Source: Candidatus Krumholzibacteriia bacterium | GTDB taxonomy: Bacteria; Krumholzibacteriota; Krumholzibacteriia; LZORAL124-64-63 | NCBI GenBank assembly: GCA_046484865.1 | Contig: JAWOID010000049.1 | Location: 1 to 48,076, forward strand | Length of the DNA stretch: 48,076 nucleotides | Reading direction: 5' to 3' | Part shown: positions 36,160 through 45,673 of the stretch, one piece after another | Position numbering within the stretch: position 1 is the first letter of the stretch | Layout of the letters: every line of letters begins with the position of its first letter | The notes under the pieces: generated by a model | The model's database searches: none | Told to the model about the DNA's origin: nothing | What the model saw: only the letters and a program-made list of their open reading frames with translations | Position numbers and translations under genes: made by a program

Positions 36160-38477
36160 GTGACAGGATCGAAAGCCGGGGCAAGACCGTCGATGAAGCG
36201 GTCAACGAAGCCCTGCTCAAGATGGGCGCCCGTCGCGATGAGGTCGACGTGGAGGTCCTCGAGGAACCGCGTGGCGGATTCCTCGGCATGTTCGGCAATC
36301 GACCCGCCGTCGTGCGGGTCACGCGCCGGCAGCGCGCCGGCAGCGGCCGCCGCGGCGCGAGTGGGGCGGGCGGCGCAGGCGGCGCGGGCGACCGCGGCGA
36401 GAGCATGGGCCGGGGCGGCCGGGGTGGCCGCGGTGGCCGGGGTGGCCGGTCGCGCGACGACCGCGACGGGGGCCGGAGCGGTGGCCGCGGTGGTGGTCGC
36501 GGTGGCCGCTCGGGCGGCGACCGCGAGGTCGGCACCCGCGTCGGCGCCAGGGCCGGCGAGAGCGAGCGAGCGGGGTCCGGCCGCGGCTCGGGCGGTGGAC
36601 GCGAAGACCGGGGCGAGGGCGCGCAGGGCGGCACTCGCGGCAGCGGCGGCAGCCGCGGCGGCCGACGAGACCCCGGTCGCACCGGCGACGCGGAGCGGAC
36701 CCGCAGCGCGAACGGCCCCGATGGCGGCCCCGATGGCCGGTCCGAGCGGGGCGAGCGGCCCGCGGCGGCCGCCGGCGCCCGCGATCGCAGGGCGCAGGAC
36801 GGTGCCGGTGAGCCGGGCGACCAGAGCACGCGCCGCCGTCGCCGCCGGGGCGGCCGTCGCCGCCGGCGCCGGCCCGACGACGAGCAGGGCGCGGCGGTCG
36901 CCGGCAGCCCGTCCGCGGGCGGCGAGGGGGCTCGGGCCGGGGGCGGCGAGGGGTCCCAGGCGCGCGGCGACGACAGGGATCAGGCGGCAGGTGCCGGTGC
37001 GATGACGCAGGCCGACCAGCGGGTCGGACGCCCGGATGACCGCGGCGGGCGATCCGACGCCACCGTCGGCGGCACCCGGGAGCCGGCGCGGAGCGCCGAG
37101 GACTCGCCCAACTGGGCCGAGAACGAGGTGACCGCCGGGCCACGGGACACGGCACCCGGTCGGGTCATCGATTACGGACCGTCGGACGATGCGGGGGAGT
37201 ACGCCGAGCGCGCTGCCGACCGGAACCGGGAAGCCCCGCGGCGCGAGCGCGAGGAGTTCGGCCGGGGTGGCGGCGGCGGCGAGCAAGACCGCGGCGCGCG
37301 CCCGGAGCGTCCCGAGCGTGGCGAGCGTGACGAGCGTGACGAGCGTGACGAGCGTGGCGAGCGTGGCGAGCGTGGCGAGCGTGGCGAGCGCGGCGGGCGC
37401 GACGAGCGTGGCGGTCGTCCGGCCGCCGGTCGTGAAGAGCGGGTCATCCTCCAGGGTGAGCTCGCTCTCGATCACGCGCAGCCGGTGCGCGGCCGCGATC
37501 GCGCGGCTGTGGCCGACACGCTGCTGGAACTCACGGGCGAGGTCATGCGGCGCGCCGCGTTCCCCCATCGCGCCGAGGTGGTGCCGGGCGAGTATCACCA
37601 GGTGAAGGTGCTCACGGACGAGGTGAGCGCAGGTCGGCTCATCGGCCGGCACGGCGCGGGCGTGGATTCGCTCGAGCACGTCGTCGACCGCATGGCCGCG
37701 CAGACCTTCGGCGAGCGCATCAAGCTGAACCTCGACGTCAACAATTACCGTCGCAAGCGCGAGGCGATGCTGGTGGACATCGTATGCGGAGTCATCGCGC
37801 GGGTGAAGAGCAGCGGCGAGCCGGAGCCCCTCGAGCCGCTCAGCGCTCGCGAGCGCCGCGTCTGTCATCTCGAGGTGAAGCGGCATCCCGGGCTGATGTC
37901 TTACACCATCGAAGACGAGTGGGGCAAGCGCGTGGTCGTGGCCGTCGACGACGGCCGCGAGCGTGACGCGAGCGACGACCGCGATGAGGATGCGCAATCC
38001 AGCGAGCGGACCGCGGCGGTCCTGGCGAGCGATTCCGGCGCGGATACGGGCGCGTCGGCAATTCCGGCCGGTGACGAGGCAGCCGACGCCGCCGATGTCG
38101 ATGTCGACGATGTCGACGCCGCCGAGGTCGCGGAGACGGCGGAGCCCACGCGGGCGGTCTCGGAGGACGCGCCGCCAGTCCGGGCGTCGGGTGAGATTAC
38201 CGGTGACGAGGCCGGCGGTGCGGCCGGCGGCGAGGCTGGCGGTGCGGCCACCCGCGAGGAAGCGGCCGCCGAGGCCGCGGCCGAACGCGCCGAGACCGAG
38301 GACGATGTCGACCGCGCGATCGGCAACGGAGACCATTCGGGCGAGACCCGGGATGGCGAGACTCCTGCTGCCGACGCCGGCGGTGCGGGTCCCGACGAGG
38401 ACGTCGTCGAGGGCGACCAGCACGACGGCGAGCCCGGACGCGAACGACGCGAGATGCGGGAAGGCGACGAGCGCTAG
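36156..38477 (+). CDS. jag: Jag/KhpB/EloR RNA-binding protein with very long disordered regions
   Basis: Jag_N GKTVDEAV...GGFLGMFG, KH GRLIGRHG...LDVNNYR and R3H LEPLSARERRVCH; ATGA overlap with yidC. Confidence 0.92.
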   Translation: MSDRIESRGKTVDEAVNEALLKMGARRDEVDVEVLEEPRGGFLGMFGNRPAVVRVTRRQRAGSGRRGASGAGGAGGAGDRGESMGRGGRGGRGGRGGRSRDDRDGGRSGGRGGGRGGRSGGDREVGTRVGARAGESERAGSGRGSGGGREDRGEGAQGGTRGSGGSRGGRRDPGRTGDAERTRSANGPDGGPDGRSERGERPAAAAGARDRRAQDGAGEPGDQSTRRRRRRGGRRRRRRPDDEQGAAVAGSPSAGGEGARAGGGEGSQARGDDRDQAAGAGAMTQADQRVGRPDDRGGRSDATVGGTREPARSAEDSPNWAENEVTAGPRDTAPGRVIDYGPSDDAGEYAERAADRNREAPRREREEFGRGGGGGEQDRGARPERPERGERDERDERDERGERGERGERGERGGRDERGGRPAAGREERVILQGELALDHAQPVRGRDRAAVADTLLELTGEVMRRAAFPHRAEVVPGEYHQVKVLTDEVSAGRLIGRHGAGVDSLEHVVDRMAAQTFGERIKLNLDVNNYRRKREAMLVDIVCGVIARVKSSGEPEPLEPLSARERRVCHLEVKRHPGLMSYTIEDEWGKRVVVAVDDGRERDASDDRDEDAQSSERTAAVLASDSGADTGASAIPAGDEAADAADVDVDDVDAAEVAETAEPTRAVSEDAPPVRASGEITGDEAGGAAGGEAGGAATREEAAAEAAAERAETEDDVDRAIGNGDHSGETRDGETPAADAGGAGPDEDVVEGDQHDGEPGRERREMREGDER
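37305..37412 (+). repeat. About 12 x 9-bp coding tandem repeat GAGCGTG(G/A)C
   Basis: Encodes ERP-ERG-ERD-ERD-ERD-ERG-ERG... within jag. Confidence 0.92.
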
Positions 38478-38553
38478 CGCCGCCGCGCAGCCTGCGGACG
38501 GAGAGAGGGCGGCGCGCGGGCGGCGCCCTCTCGCGTCCCGGGGAGGGACATCG

Positions 38554-40107
38554 GTGCTCGAGAACCGCGACGCGCCCGGGATCGGCGGCACGACCGTCGT
38601 GGCTCGGGTCACGGCAGCCGGAGAGGCCGGCCTGGCGGTGGTCCGGGTCAGCGGTCCGGCGGCGCTCGCGGTGGCACGCGCCGTGGCGCCCGCGCTGGGC
38701 GCGGAGCCGGAGACCCATCGCGCCCGCCGCACGCTGGCGGTCTGGCCGGAGCAGCCGGCGATCCTCGGGCAGCCGGAGCAGCACGGGTCGCCGGGGCTCT
38801 CGGGGCGGCCGGAACCTCCCGGGCAGCCGGAGCAGCCGGGACAGCCGGGGCGGCCTGGGCAGCAGCAGCCGCCGCCGGGGTTGGCGCCCGGCGATCCGCT
38901 CGACGACGTCGTGGTGCTCGTCTTCCGCGGCCCGCACAGCTACACGGGCGAGGACGTGGTGGAGATCTCCTGCCACGGCGGTCCGATGAGCGCGCATCTG
39001 GTGGTCGAGGCGTGCCTGGCTGCCGGCGCGGCGCCTGCCGGGGCGGGAGAGTTCACCCGCCGCGCGTTTCTCAACGGCAAGCTGAGCCTCGACCAGGCCG
39101 AGGCCGTGGCCGATCTCATCCAGGCGGAGGACGTGCTCTCGGCCCGCGGGGCGCTGCAGCAGCTGCGCGGCGGTCTCGATCGCGAGATCCGCGCGGTGGA
39201 GCGGCCGCTGCTCGCGCTTCAGGCCGAACTCGAGGGAGGGCTGGAGTTCCTCGAGGAGGAGCGGCCGGCCGTCGACCCGCGGCGGATCGTCGCGCCCTTG
39301 ACGTCCGCGCTCGCGGACGTGGAACGCCTGCTCGCGCTCGCCACGGCCGGGCGCCGGCTGCGCGACGGTGTGCACGTGACGCTGGTCGGCGCGCCCAACG
39401 TCGGCAAGAGTTCGCTCTTCAACGCGTTGCTCGGCGAGGCGCGCGCCATCGTGGACGACGAGGCCGGCACCACCCGCGACGTCGTGACCGCCCATCGCGA
39501 CCGCGACGGCGTGCGTTACCACCTGCACGACACCGCGGGACTGCGCTCGGGCGGCGGCCGCGTGGAGCGGCTCGGCATGGACCGCACGCGAGCGGCGGTG
39601 GCCCGGGCAGACGTCGTCCTCGACCTGGCGCTCTCGACGGCGGTGAGCGGCGGCGCCGGACCGGACGCGGGAACGGCCGCTGCGGGGATCGCGCGCGACG
39701 GCGGCCCGGCCCCGGTCGTGCTGCGCGTCTGGACGCAGTCCGACCGGCTGGATGCCGCGCCACACGAGCGCCTGCGCGACGGAGCGGGCCTGATCACCTC
39801 CGCGCGCAGCGGCGAGGGCCTGACGGCGGTCTGGGAGGCGATCGCGACCGCGGCGGAGCGCGAGCGCCTGGTGGAGGCGGCGGATCTCGGGGTGGTGCTC
39901 AACCTCCGGCACCGCGCGCGCCTGGCTCGCTGCCGCGACGAGCTGCAGCAGCTCGTCCGGGAACTCGAGTCGGCGGAGCCGCCGGGCGAGGAGGTGGTGG
40001 CCGGCTGGCTGGGTGCCGCCCTCGGGGAGCTGGGCGAGATCTCGGGCCGCGTCTACACGGAGCGGCTGCTGGGCGAGGTGTTCGGACGCTTCTGCGTCGG
40101 AAAGTAA
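38554..40107 (+). CDS. mnmE: tRNA modification GTPase
   Basis: VVRVSG, PHSYTGEDVVEISCHGG, GEFTRRAFLNGK, GAPNVGKSS, GTTRD, DTAG and terminal FCVGK. Confidence 0.97.
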   Translation: MLENRDAPGIGGTTVVARVTAAGEAGLAVVRVSGPAALAVARAVAPALGAEPETHRARRTLAVWPEQPAILGQPEQHGSPGLSGRPEPPGQPEQPGQPGRPGQQQPPPGLAPGDPLDDVVVLVFRGPHSYTGEDVVEISCHGGPMSAHLVVEACLAAGAAPAGAGEFTRRAFLNGKLSLDQAEAVADLIQAEDVLSARGALQQLRGGLDREIRAVERPLLALQAELEGGLEFLEEERPAVDPRRIVAPLTSALADVERLLALATAGRRLRDGVHVTLVGAPNVGKSSLFNALLGEARAIVDDEAGTTRDVVTAHRDRDGVRYHLHDTAGLRSGGGRVERLGMDRTRAAVARADVVLDLALSTAVSGGAGPDAGTAAAGIARDGGPAPVVLRVWTQSDRLDAAPHERLRDGAGLITSARSGEGLTAVWEAIATAAERERLVEAADLGVVLNLRHRARLARCRDELQQLVRELESAEPPGEEVVAGWLGAALGELGEISGRVYTERLLGEVFGRFCVGK

Positions 40108-40151
40108 TACACGAGTAATATTTATAGTTTCGCTGCGGGCCGGAGAGAGAC

Positions 40152-42053
40152 ATGGACATGCGATTCGATATCGTGGTGGTGGGCGGCGGGCACGCCGGGA
40201 TCGAGGCGGCGCTCGCAGGTGCGCGCCTCGGTTGCCGGACGGCGCTGGCCACCCATGCCCTCGACGAGATCGGACGCATGCCCTGCAACCCGGCCATCGG
40301 CGGACTGGGCAAGGGCCATCTGGTCCGGGAGATCGACGTGCTCGGCGGGGAGATGGGTCTCGCCATCGATGCGACCGGCATCCAGTTCCGCATCCTGAAC
40401 CGACGCAAGGGCCCGGCGGTGCAGGCCCCGCGCGCGCAGGCGGACAAGCATCGCTACCAGGAGCGCATGCGCGACGTGGTGATGGGGCAGCCCGGACTCA
40501 CGGTGGTCGAGGGGGATGTCGTCGACCTTCAGACCGTGGTCGACGGTGCGCAGCGGCGTGTCGCCGGGACGGTGCTCGCGGACGGTCGCGTGCTGTTCGC
40601 GCCGCGCGTGGTCCTGAGCACGGGGACGTTCATGCGGGGGCTGATGCACGTCGGCGGGAACCGTACTCGCGGCGGCCGCGAGGGGGCGGCGAGCTCCGAG
40701 GGGCTGAGCGGGAATCTTACCCGTCTCGGGCTGCGTCTGGTGCGGCTGAAGACCGGCACGCCGCCGCGCCTGCGCGCCGGCAGCATCGAGTATGATCGCC
40801 TCGAGGAGCAGCCCGGCGACTCCGAACCGCGGCCGTTCTCGTTCCGGACCCGGCACTTCGCGCCGCGCCAGGTGCTCTGCCATCTGGCGCACACGAACAC
40901 GTGCACCCACGACGTGATCCGCGCGAACCTGCACCGTTCGCCCCTGTACGGCGGGATCATCGAGGGGCTGGGGCCGCGCTACTGCCCTTCCATCGAGGAC
41001 AAGGTGGTGCGCTTCGGGGAGCGCGAGCGGCACCTGCTGTTCCTGGAGCCCGAGGGGCTGGACACGGACGAGGTCTACGTGAACGGGCTGTCCACCAGCC
41101 TGCCGGCGGATGTGCAGGAGGCGGTGGTCCACTCCATCGAGGGGCTCGAGCGCGCCGTCCTTTCGCGCAACGGCTACGCTGTGGAATACGACAGCGTGCC
41201 GTCATACCAGGCGGACCGCACGCTGCAGTGCAAGTCGTTGCCGGGATTGTGGTTGGCGGGGCAGATCCTCGGGACGTCCGGTTACGAGGAGGCGGCGGCG
41301 CAGGGACTCGTCGCCGGCGTCAACGCGGCACGGTCGCTCGCCCAGCAGGAACCGTTCGTGCCGGTGCGCAGCGAGGCCTACATCGGCGTGCTGATCGACG
41401 ACCTGGTGACCAAGGAGATCCTCGAACCCTACCGGATGTTCACCTCGCGCGCGGAGCACCGCCTCCGGCTGCGGTGCGACAACGCGGCGAGCCGCCTGGC
41501 CGATGCCGCCCGCGAGCTGGGTCTGTTGCCGGCCGCGGACCTGGCGGCGCTGGAATGGCGTCGTCAAGCCGTAGACCGGGCGATCGCCCTGCTGCAGTCG
41601 CGTCTGGTGGAGACCGGCGAGCGGCGCCTGCCGGCCGCGGAGTGGCTGCGTCGTCCGGAGGCGCGCCTGCAGGACATCGGCGCCTTGCCGGGCGGGGGTC
41701 GCGAGGTGGCGGAGGAACTCGATGCGGCGTTGGTTCGAGATCATGAAAAATCAAACCATAAAATCTTAGAGCAAGAAGCCCGCGCCGAAGTCGAGAACCA
41801 GATTAAGTACTCCGGCTACATCGACAAGCTGGACAACGAGTTACGGAGGCAATCCCACCTCGATGATCTCGAATGCCCCCCGGCTCTCGATTACCTGTCG
41901 ATCGGCGCTCTGAGCCGGGAGGCACGCGAGAAGCTGGACCGTTTCCGGCCGGAGACCGTCGGCCAGGCCAGCCGGATCGACGGGGTCAGGCGAGGCGATC
42001 TCGCGGTGCTCACCGTGCATGTGCGGCGCTGGCGCGAGCGCGAGGCCGGCTGA
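40152..42053 (+). CDS. mnmG: tRNA uridine 5-carboxymethylaminomethyl modification enzyme
   Basis: GGGHAGIEAA, CNPAIGG, RLKTGTPPR, GPRYCPSIEDK and GTSGYEEAAAQG. Confidence 0.98.
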   Translation: MDMRFDIVVVGGGHAGIEAALAGARLGCRTALATHALDEIGRMPCNPAIGGLGKGHLVREIDVLGGEMGLAIDATGIQFRILNRRKGPAVQAPRAQADKHRYQERMRDVVMGQPGLTVVEGDVVDLQTVVDGAQRRVAGTVLADGRVLFAPRVVLSTGTFMRGLMHVGGNRTRGGREGAASSEGLSGNLTRLGLRLVRLKTGTPPRLRAGSIEYDRLEEQPGDSEPRPFSFRTRHFAPRQVLCHLAHTNTCTHDVIRANLHRSPLYGGIIEGLGPRYCPSIEDKVVRFGERERHLLFLEPEGLDTDEVYVNGLSTSLPADVQEAVVHSIEGLERAVLSRNGYAVEYDSVPSYQADRTLQCKSLPGLWLAGQILGTSGYEEAAAQGLVAGVNAARSLAQQEPFVPVRSEAYIGVLIDDLVTKEILEPYRMFTSRAEHRLRLRCDNAASRLADAARELGLLPAADLAALEWRRQAVDRAIALLQSRLVETGERRLPAAEWLRRPEARLQDIGALPGGGREVAEELDAALVRDHEKSNHKILEQEARAEVENQIKYSGYIDKLDNELRRQSHLDDLECPPALDYLSIGALSREAREKLDRFRPETVGQASRIDGVRRGDLAVLTVHVRRWREREAG

Positions 42054-42847
42054 TGGCGGGATACGGACAGCCCGCGCCGGGACCGGGCGTCGCAGCCAAG
42101 CTCGCGGTCTACCGGTCGGAGTTGCTGCGCTGGCAGAAGAGCTTCAGCCTGGTCTCCCGGGTCGATCCCGAGGCGAGAATCGATGCCCTGATCGCCGAGA
42201 GCCGGAGTGCGCTGTACGCCCTGACGGCAGGCGGCGATCTCGGGCCCACGGATCGTGGCGAGGCAGCGCCGGGCGAGTTCCGATGCGTCGACATCGGATC
42301 GGGCGCCGGCTTTCCCGGGCTGGTGTGGGCCGTGGAACTCGAGTCGGTTGCGCCACGGGCGAGCGTCTTGCTGGTGGAGCCGCGCGAGCACCGGGCGTGG
42401 TTTCTGGAGCGCGCGATCCGGAAGCTGCAGCTTGGCGGAACCGGCGTCGTCCAGGCGCGATGGGGCGACGACGAGGTCGCCGGGGCGCTGGCGTTCCGGA
42501 TGTCCGGGGGCGGGGCGAGCCCCGCGGCCGGCGAGCGAGGGCCGGACGGGGTTTCCAGGAAAGGTCCCGCCTCTCCGTTCACCAGCGTGCCCCTCGTCGT
42601 CACCCTGAAAGCGCTTCGGCTCGGTGACGTCGAGATCCTCCTCGGGATCGACCCCGCCGTGGCGCCGGCGGGCACCCGGGTGCACGTGGTCCGGTTCCTG
42701 CCGGGCGCCACGACGACAGGCGAAGCGACGGAGAGCATGCCCAGGGGCTGGAAGTTGCTGCGAAGAAACCAGCTGGACGCCTCCGCGACAGGGGACGGGA
42801 CGCGCGAACTCTCCATCAACACCTACGAGGCCGTCATCGCGGGGTGA
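42053..42847 (+). CDS. rsmG: 16S rRNA m7G methyltransferase RsmG/GidB-like (divergent)
   Basis: YRSELLRWQKSFSLVS, VDIGSGAGFPG and LVEPREHRAWFL; syntenic after mnmG; C-terminal half divergent. Confidence 0.8.
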   Translation: MAGYGQPAPGPGVAAKLAVYRSELLRWQKSFSLVSRVDPEARIDALIAESRSALYALTAGGDLGPTDRGEAAPGEFRCVDIGSGAGFPGLVWAVELESVAPRASVLLVEPREHRAWFLERAIRKLQLGGTGVVQARWGDDEVAGALAFRMSGGGASPAAGERGPDGVSRKGPASPFTSVPLVVTLKALRLGDVEILLGIDPAVAPAGTRVHVVRFLPGATTTGEATESMPRGWKLLRRNQLDASATGDGTRELSINTYEAVIAG

Positions 42848-42931
42848 CCCGCTGTCCCGGTCTGGCAACGGGCGTGGACACCGATCGCGGCGACGATCCA
42901 GTCCCGATTCGCGCGGGGCGCCGGCTGGCGA

Positions 42932-42947
42932 TGTTCCACGTGGAACA
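42932..42947. other. parS centromere-like site
   Basis: TGTTCCACGTGGAACA matches the TGTTNCACGTGNAACA consensus, upstream of parA. Confidence 0.92.
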
Positions 42948-43242
42948 TTGCCCCGGTGGCCCCGGTGAGCGCGCCGGGGATTCCCTTGTCGTCATCCGGA
43001 CGGGTGGTCGGTGTACCGGCCCCGGTCGGGCCCTGGGCCTGCTTCGCCGGAGCGTCGCGCCGTCTCCGGGGGGGCCCGCCGGCTGGACGGTCCCGCCGAC
43101 CGCGCGCCTGGGGTGAGTCCCCGTTCCAGCGGGCGGCGGCCGCAGGGCCGCATCCGACGCTGGCGGAGACCCCTGGCGCCGATGCGCAGGCGCTCCGTGC
43201 CGGCGCGCCCCCGACATCCGGGGCCGGCGCTTGCCGCAGGCA

Positions 43243-43258
43243 TGTTCCACGTGGAACA
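43243..43258. other. parS centromere-like site
   Basis: Second identical TGTTCCACGTGGAACA. Confidence 0.92.
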
Positions 43259-43586
43259 CGGAACTGCCGGCCGTCTTCGCCCGCATCCTCCTCGCGGCGC
43301 CGCGCGCCCCTCTGCGGGCGGGCAAGGACCGCCCTCCGGCAAGGCGACCGCTGTGTCCGTGTCGCGCGCGTGCGGCCGTCGGGTCCGGCTGTGGCGGGGG
43401 TTCCAGGACAACGAGGTCCGTGCCGTGCGAGCGCGGCCGCCGGGGCCGCCGCGCGCTGGCCCCCGGACATGGTTCTGGACAGGTTCACGGGACCTCCCTT
43501 ACATTCCGCCCCGATCGCCATGACGCATCAGTTCGGCGGGTCGGCGCCCACGCCAGGCGGCAGGGCAGGATCAGCACGGGAGCGAG

Positions 43587-44366
43587 ATGGGAAAGATCAT
43601 CGCGATTTCGAACCAGAAGGGCGGGGTCGGCAAGACCACCACGGCCGTGAATCTCGCTGCCAGCCTTGCAGTTGCGGAGAAGAAGACCCTGCTCGTGGAC
43701 TTCGATCCGCAGGGCAATGCCAGCAGCGGGGCGGGTGTGCAGCCCGGAGACGCGACCTCCTACGAGGTCCTCCTCGACGCCGTGGCGGCGCGGGCGGCGA
43801 TCCAGGCCACCGGGACGCCGTACTTCGAGGTGCTGCCGGCGGATCGGCGCCTGGCCGGCGCGGAGATCGAGCTGGTTGACCAGCCCCGGCGCGAACAGTT
43901 CCTCCGGACCGCCATCCGGCCGCTGAAGCCGGCCTACGATTACATCATCATCGACACGCCGCCCAGTCTGGGGCTGTTGACCCTGAACGCTCTCTGTGCC
44001 GCGGACACCGTGCTGATCCCGATCCAGTGCGAGTACTACGCGCTGGAGGGGCTGAGCCAGTTGCTGAGCACGGTGCACATCGTCCAGAAGCAACTCAATC
44101 CGGACCTGCGTCTCGAGGGCGTGCTGTTGACGATGTTCGACCGGCGGCTGCGGCTCTCTTCCCAGGTGGCAGAGGAAGCCATCGACTACTTCGGTAACAC
44201 CGTGTACCAGACGAAGATACCGCGCAACGTGAGGTTGAGCGAGGCTCCGTCCTTCGGCCAGCCGATCTTGATGTACGACGTGGAGTGCGCCGGTGCGCGC
44301 AGCTACCTGGACCTGGCGCAGGAAGTCATTGACGCCAACACCGCGCGGAAATCCGTCGGGGCGTGA
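43587..44366 (+). CDS. parA: Chromosome partitioning ATPase ParA/Soj
   Basis: [36 protein letters not shown] and [14 protein letters not shown]. Confidence 0.98.
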   Translation: MGKIIAISNQKGGVGKTTTAVNLAASLAVAEKKTLLVDFDPQGNASSGAGVQPGDATSYEVLLDAVAARAAIQATGTPYFEVLPADRRLAGAEIELVDQPRREQFLRTAIRPLKPAYDYIIIDTPPSLGLLTLNALCAADTVLIPIQCEYYALEGLSQLLSTVHIVQKQLNPDLRLEGVLLTMFDRRLRLSSQVAEEAIDYFGNTVYQTKIPRNVRLSEAPSFGQPILMYDVECAGARSYLDLAQEVIDANTARKSVGA

Positions 44367-44375
44367 AGAGCGCGG

Positions 44376-44435
44376 GATAGAGCGCAAGATAGGGCGCTAG
44401 ATAGGGCGTGAGATCGGGCTTGAGATCGGGCGTGA
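44376..44435. repeat. 5 x 12-bp degenerate tandem repeat between parA and parB
   Basis: GATAGAGCGCAA GATAGGGCGCTA GATAGGGCGTGA GATCGGGCTTGA GATCGGGCGTGA. Confidence 0.85.
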
Positions 44436-44637
44436 AGACACGTCCCCGGGCCGACGGACCAGCGCCCCGGGGACTGGGCGCGATCGCCCGACGTTCGATA
44501 TTTCCGCGGGGGCGGGCACGACCGCCCGCCCTTCGAGACCGCCGCGGCTGCGCACCGCCGAGCCGGCGCCCAGCCGCGGCACCACGAGCGACCGGACCCG
44601 GGCCGGAAGCCGGGCCCGCAGACGAGGAGAACCAGGG

Positions 44638-45603
44638 ATGGTGACCAGGACCAATCGCGTGCTGGGCAAGGGGTTATCGGCCCTCATCCAGGGTGCCGAC
44701 GAGCTGGGCCTCAGCGGCGGCGAGACCGTGCGGCGCATACCGGTCGCCGAGATCGGCTTCAATCCCGCCCAGCCGCGTCAGACCTTCGACGAGGAGAAGC
44801 TGGACGAGCTGGCTGCCTCCATCCGGCAGGTGGGCGTTCTGCAGCCGGTGCTCGTGCGTCGACTCGAGGACGGCGAACAGGCCCGCCGCCACCCCGGCGC
44901 CGACGACGCCGAGGGACCGGTGGCGTACTGCGTCGTCGCCGGCGAGCGACGGGTGAGAGCGGCGCGGCGGGCCGACCTGGCCGAGGTGCCGGCCCTCGTC
45001 TGCACCTACCGCGAGACCGAGGCGCTGAAAGTGGCGCTGCTCGAGAACATCCAGCGCGAGGATCTCGGTCCGCTCGAGGAGGCCCAGGCCCTGCAGGACC
45101 TGATGCAGGCCTACGGCGCCACCCAGGAGGAGCTGGCCCAGATGCTGGGCAAGAGCCGCAGCGCGGTGGCCAACAGCCTGCGTCTCCTGCTGCTGGAGGA
45201 CGAGATCAAGGCCTTGATGCGCGACGGCAAGCTTTCCCGGGGGCACGCCAAGGTCTTGCTCGGTCTGCCCGCCGGCGCGGAACGGCAGCGCCTGGCCCGC
45301 ATCTGCGCCTCGCGCGGCCTGTCCGTCCGCGACGTCGAGCGCCGGGTGCAGCAGGCCCAGGCCGAACCGGCGCCACAACCGGGCGCGGGGCGCCCCCGCC
45401 GCCGCGGCCGCCGGAGTCGGTCCAGCGTCGAGGAGACGCCGGCGATCCGCGAGCTCCGACGCCGCACCGAGCGCGCGCTCGGCTCGCCGGTCACGATCGA
45501 AACCGGCGCCCCCAAGGGCGGCAACATCAGCATCAAGTTCTTCGACGACAACGACCTGGAGCGGATCCTCGGTCTTCTGGGCGTGGACACGGATCTCGAG
45601 TGA
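44638..45603 (+). CDS. parB: Chromosome partitioning protein ParB
   Basis: LGKGLSALI, NPAQPRQTF, GVLQPVLVR, AGERRVRA, ENIQREDL and HTH GKSRSAVANSLRLL. Confidence 0.98.
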   Translation: MVTRTNRVLGKGLSALIQGADELGLSGGETVRRIPVAEIGFNPAQPRQTFDEEKLDELAASIRQVGVLQPVLVRRLEDGEQARRHPGADDAEGPVAYCVVAGERRVRAARRADLAEVPALVCTYRETEALKVALLENIQREDLGPLEEAQALQDLMQAYGATQEELAQMLGKSRSAVANSLRLLLLEDEIKALMRDGKLSRGHAKVLLGLPAGAERQRLARICASRGLSVRDVERRVQQAQAEPAPQPGAGRPRRRGRRSRSSVEETPAIRELRRRTERALGSPVTIETGAPKGGNISIKFFDDNDLERILGLLGVDTDLE

Positions 45604-45673
45604 GCCGGCAATCCGAACCGGGCCAGATGCGAAAAAATAGCGAAAGACGAGCGGCGACGGGCGGCGACCGGCC

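Noticed and set aside
33571..38732. Long minus-strand ORFs (850 aa and 876 aa)
   Set aside because: Antisense to yidC and jag, which have clear family motifs.
42848..43586. ORFs in the rsmG-parA gap
   Set aside because: Low-complexity translations in all frames; the region is explained as a parS-bearing spacer.
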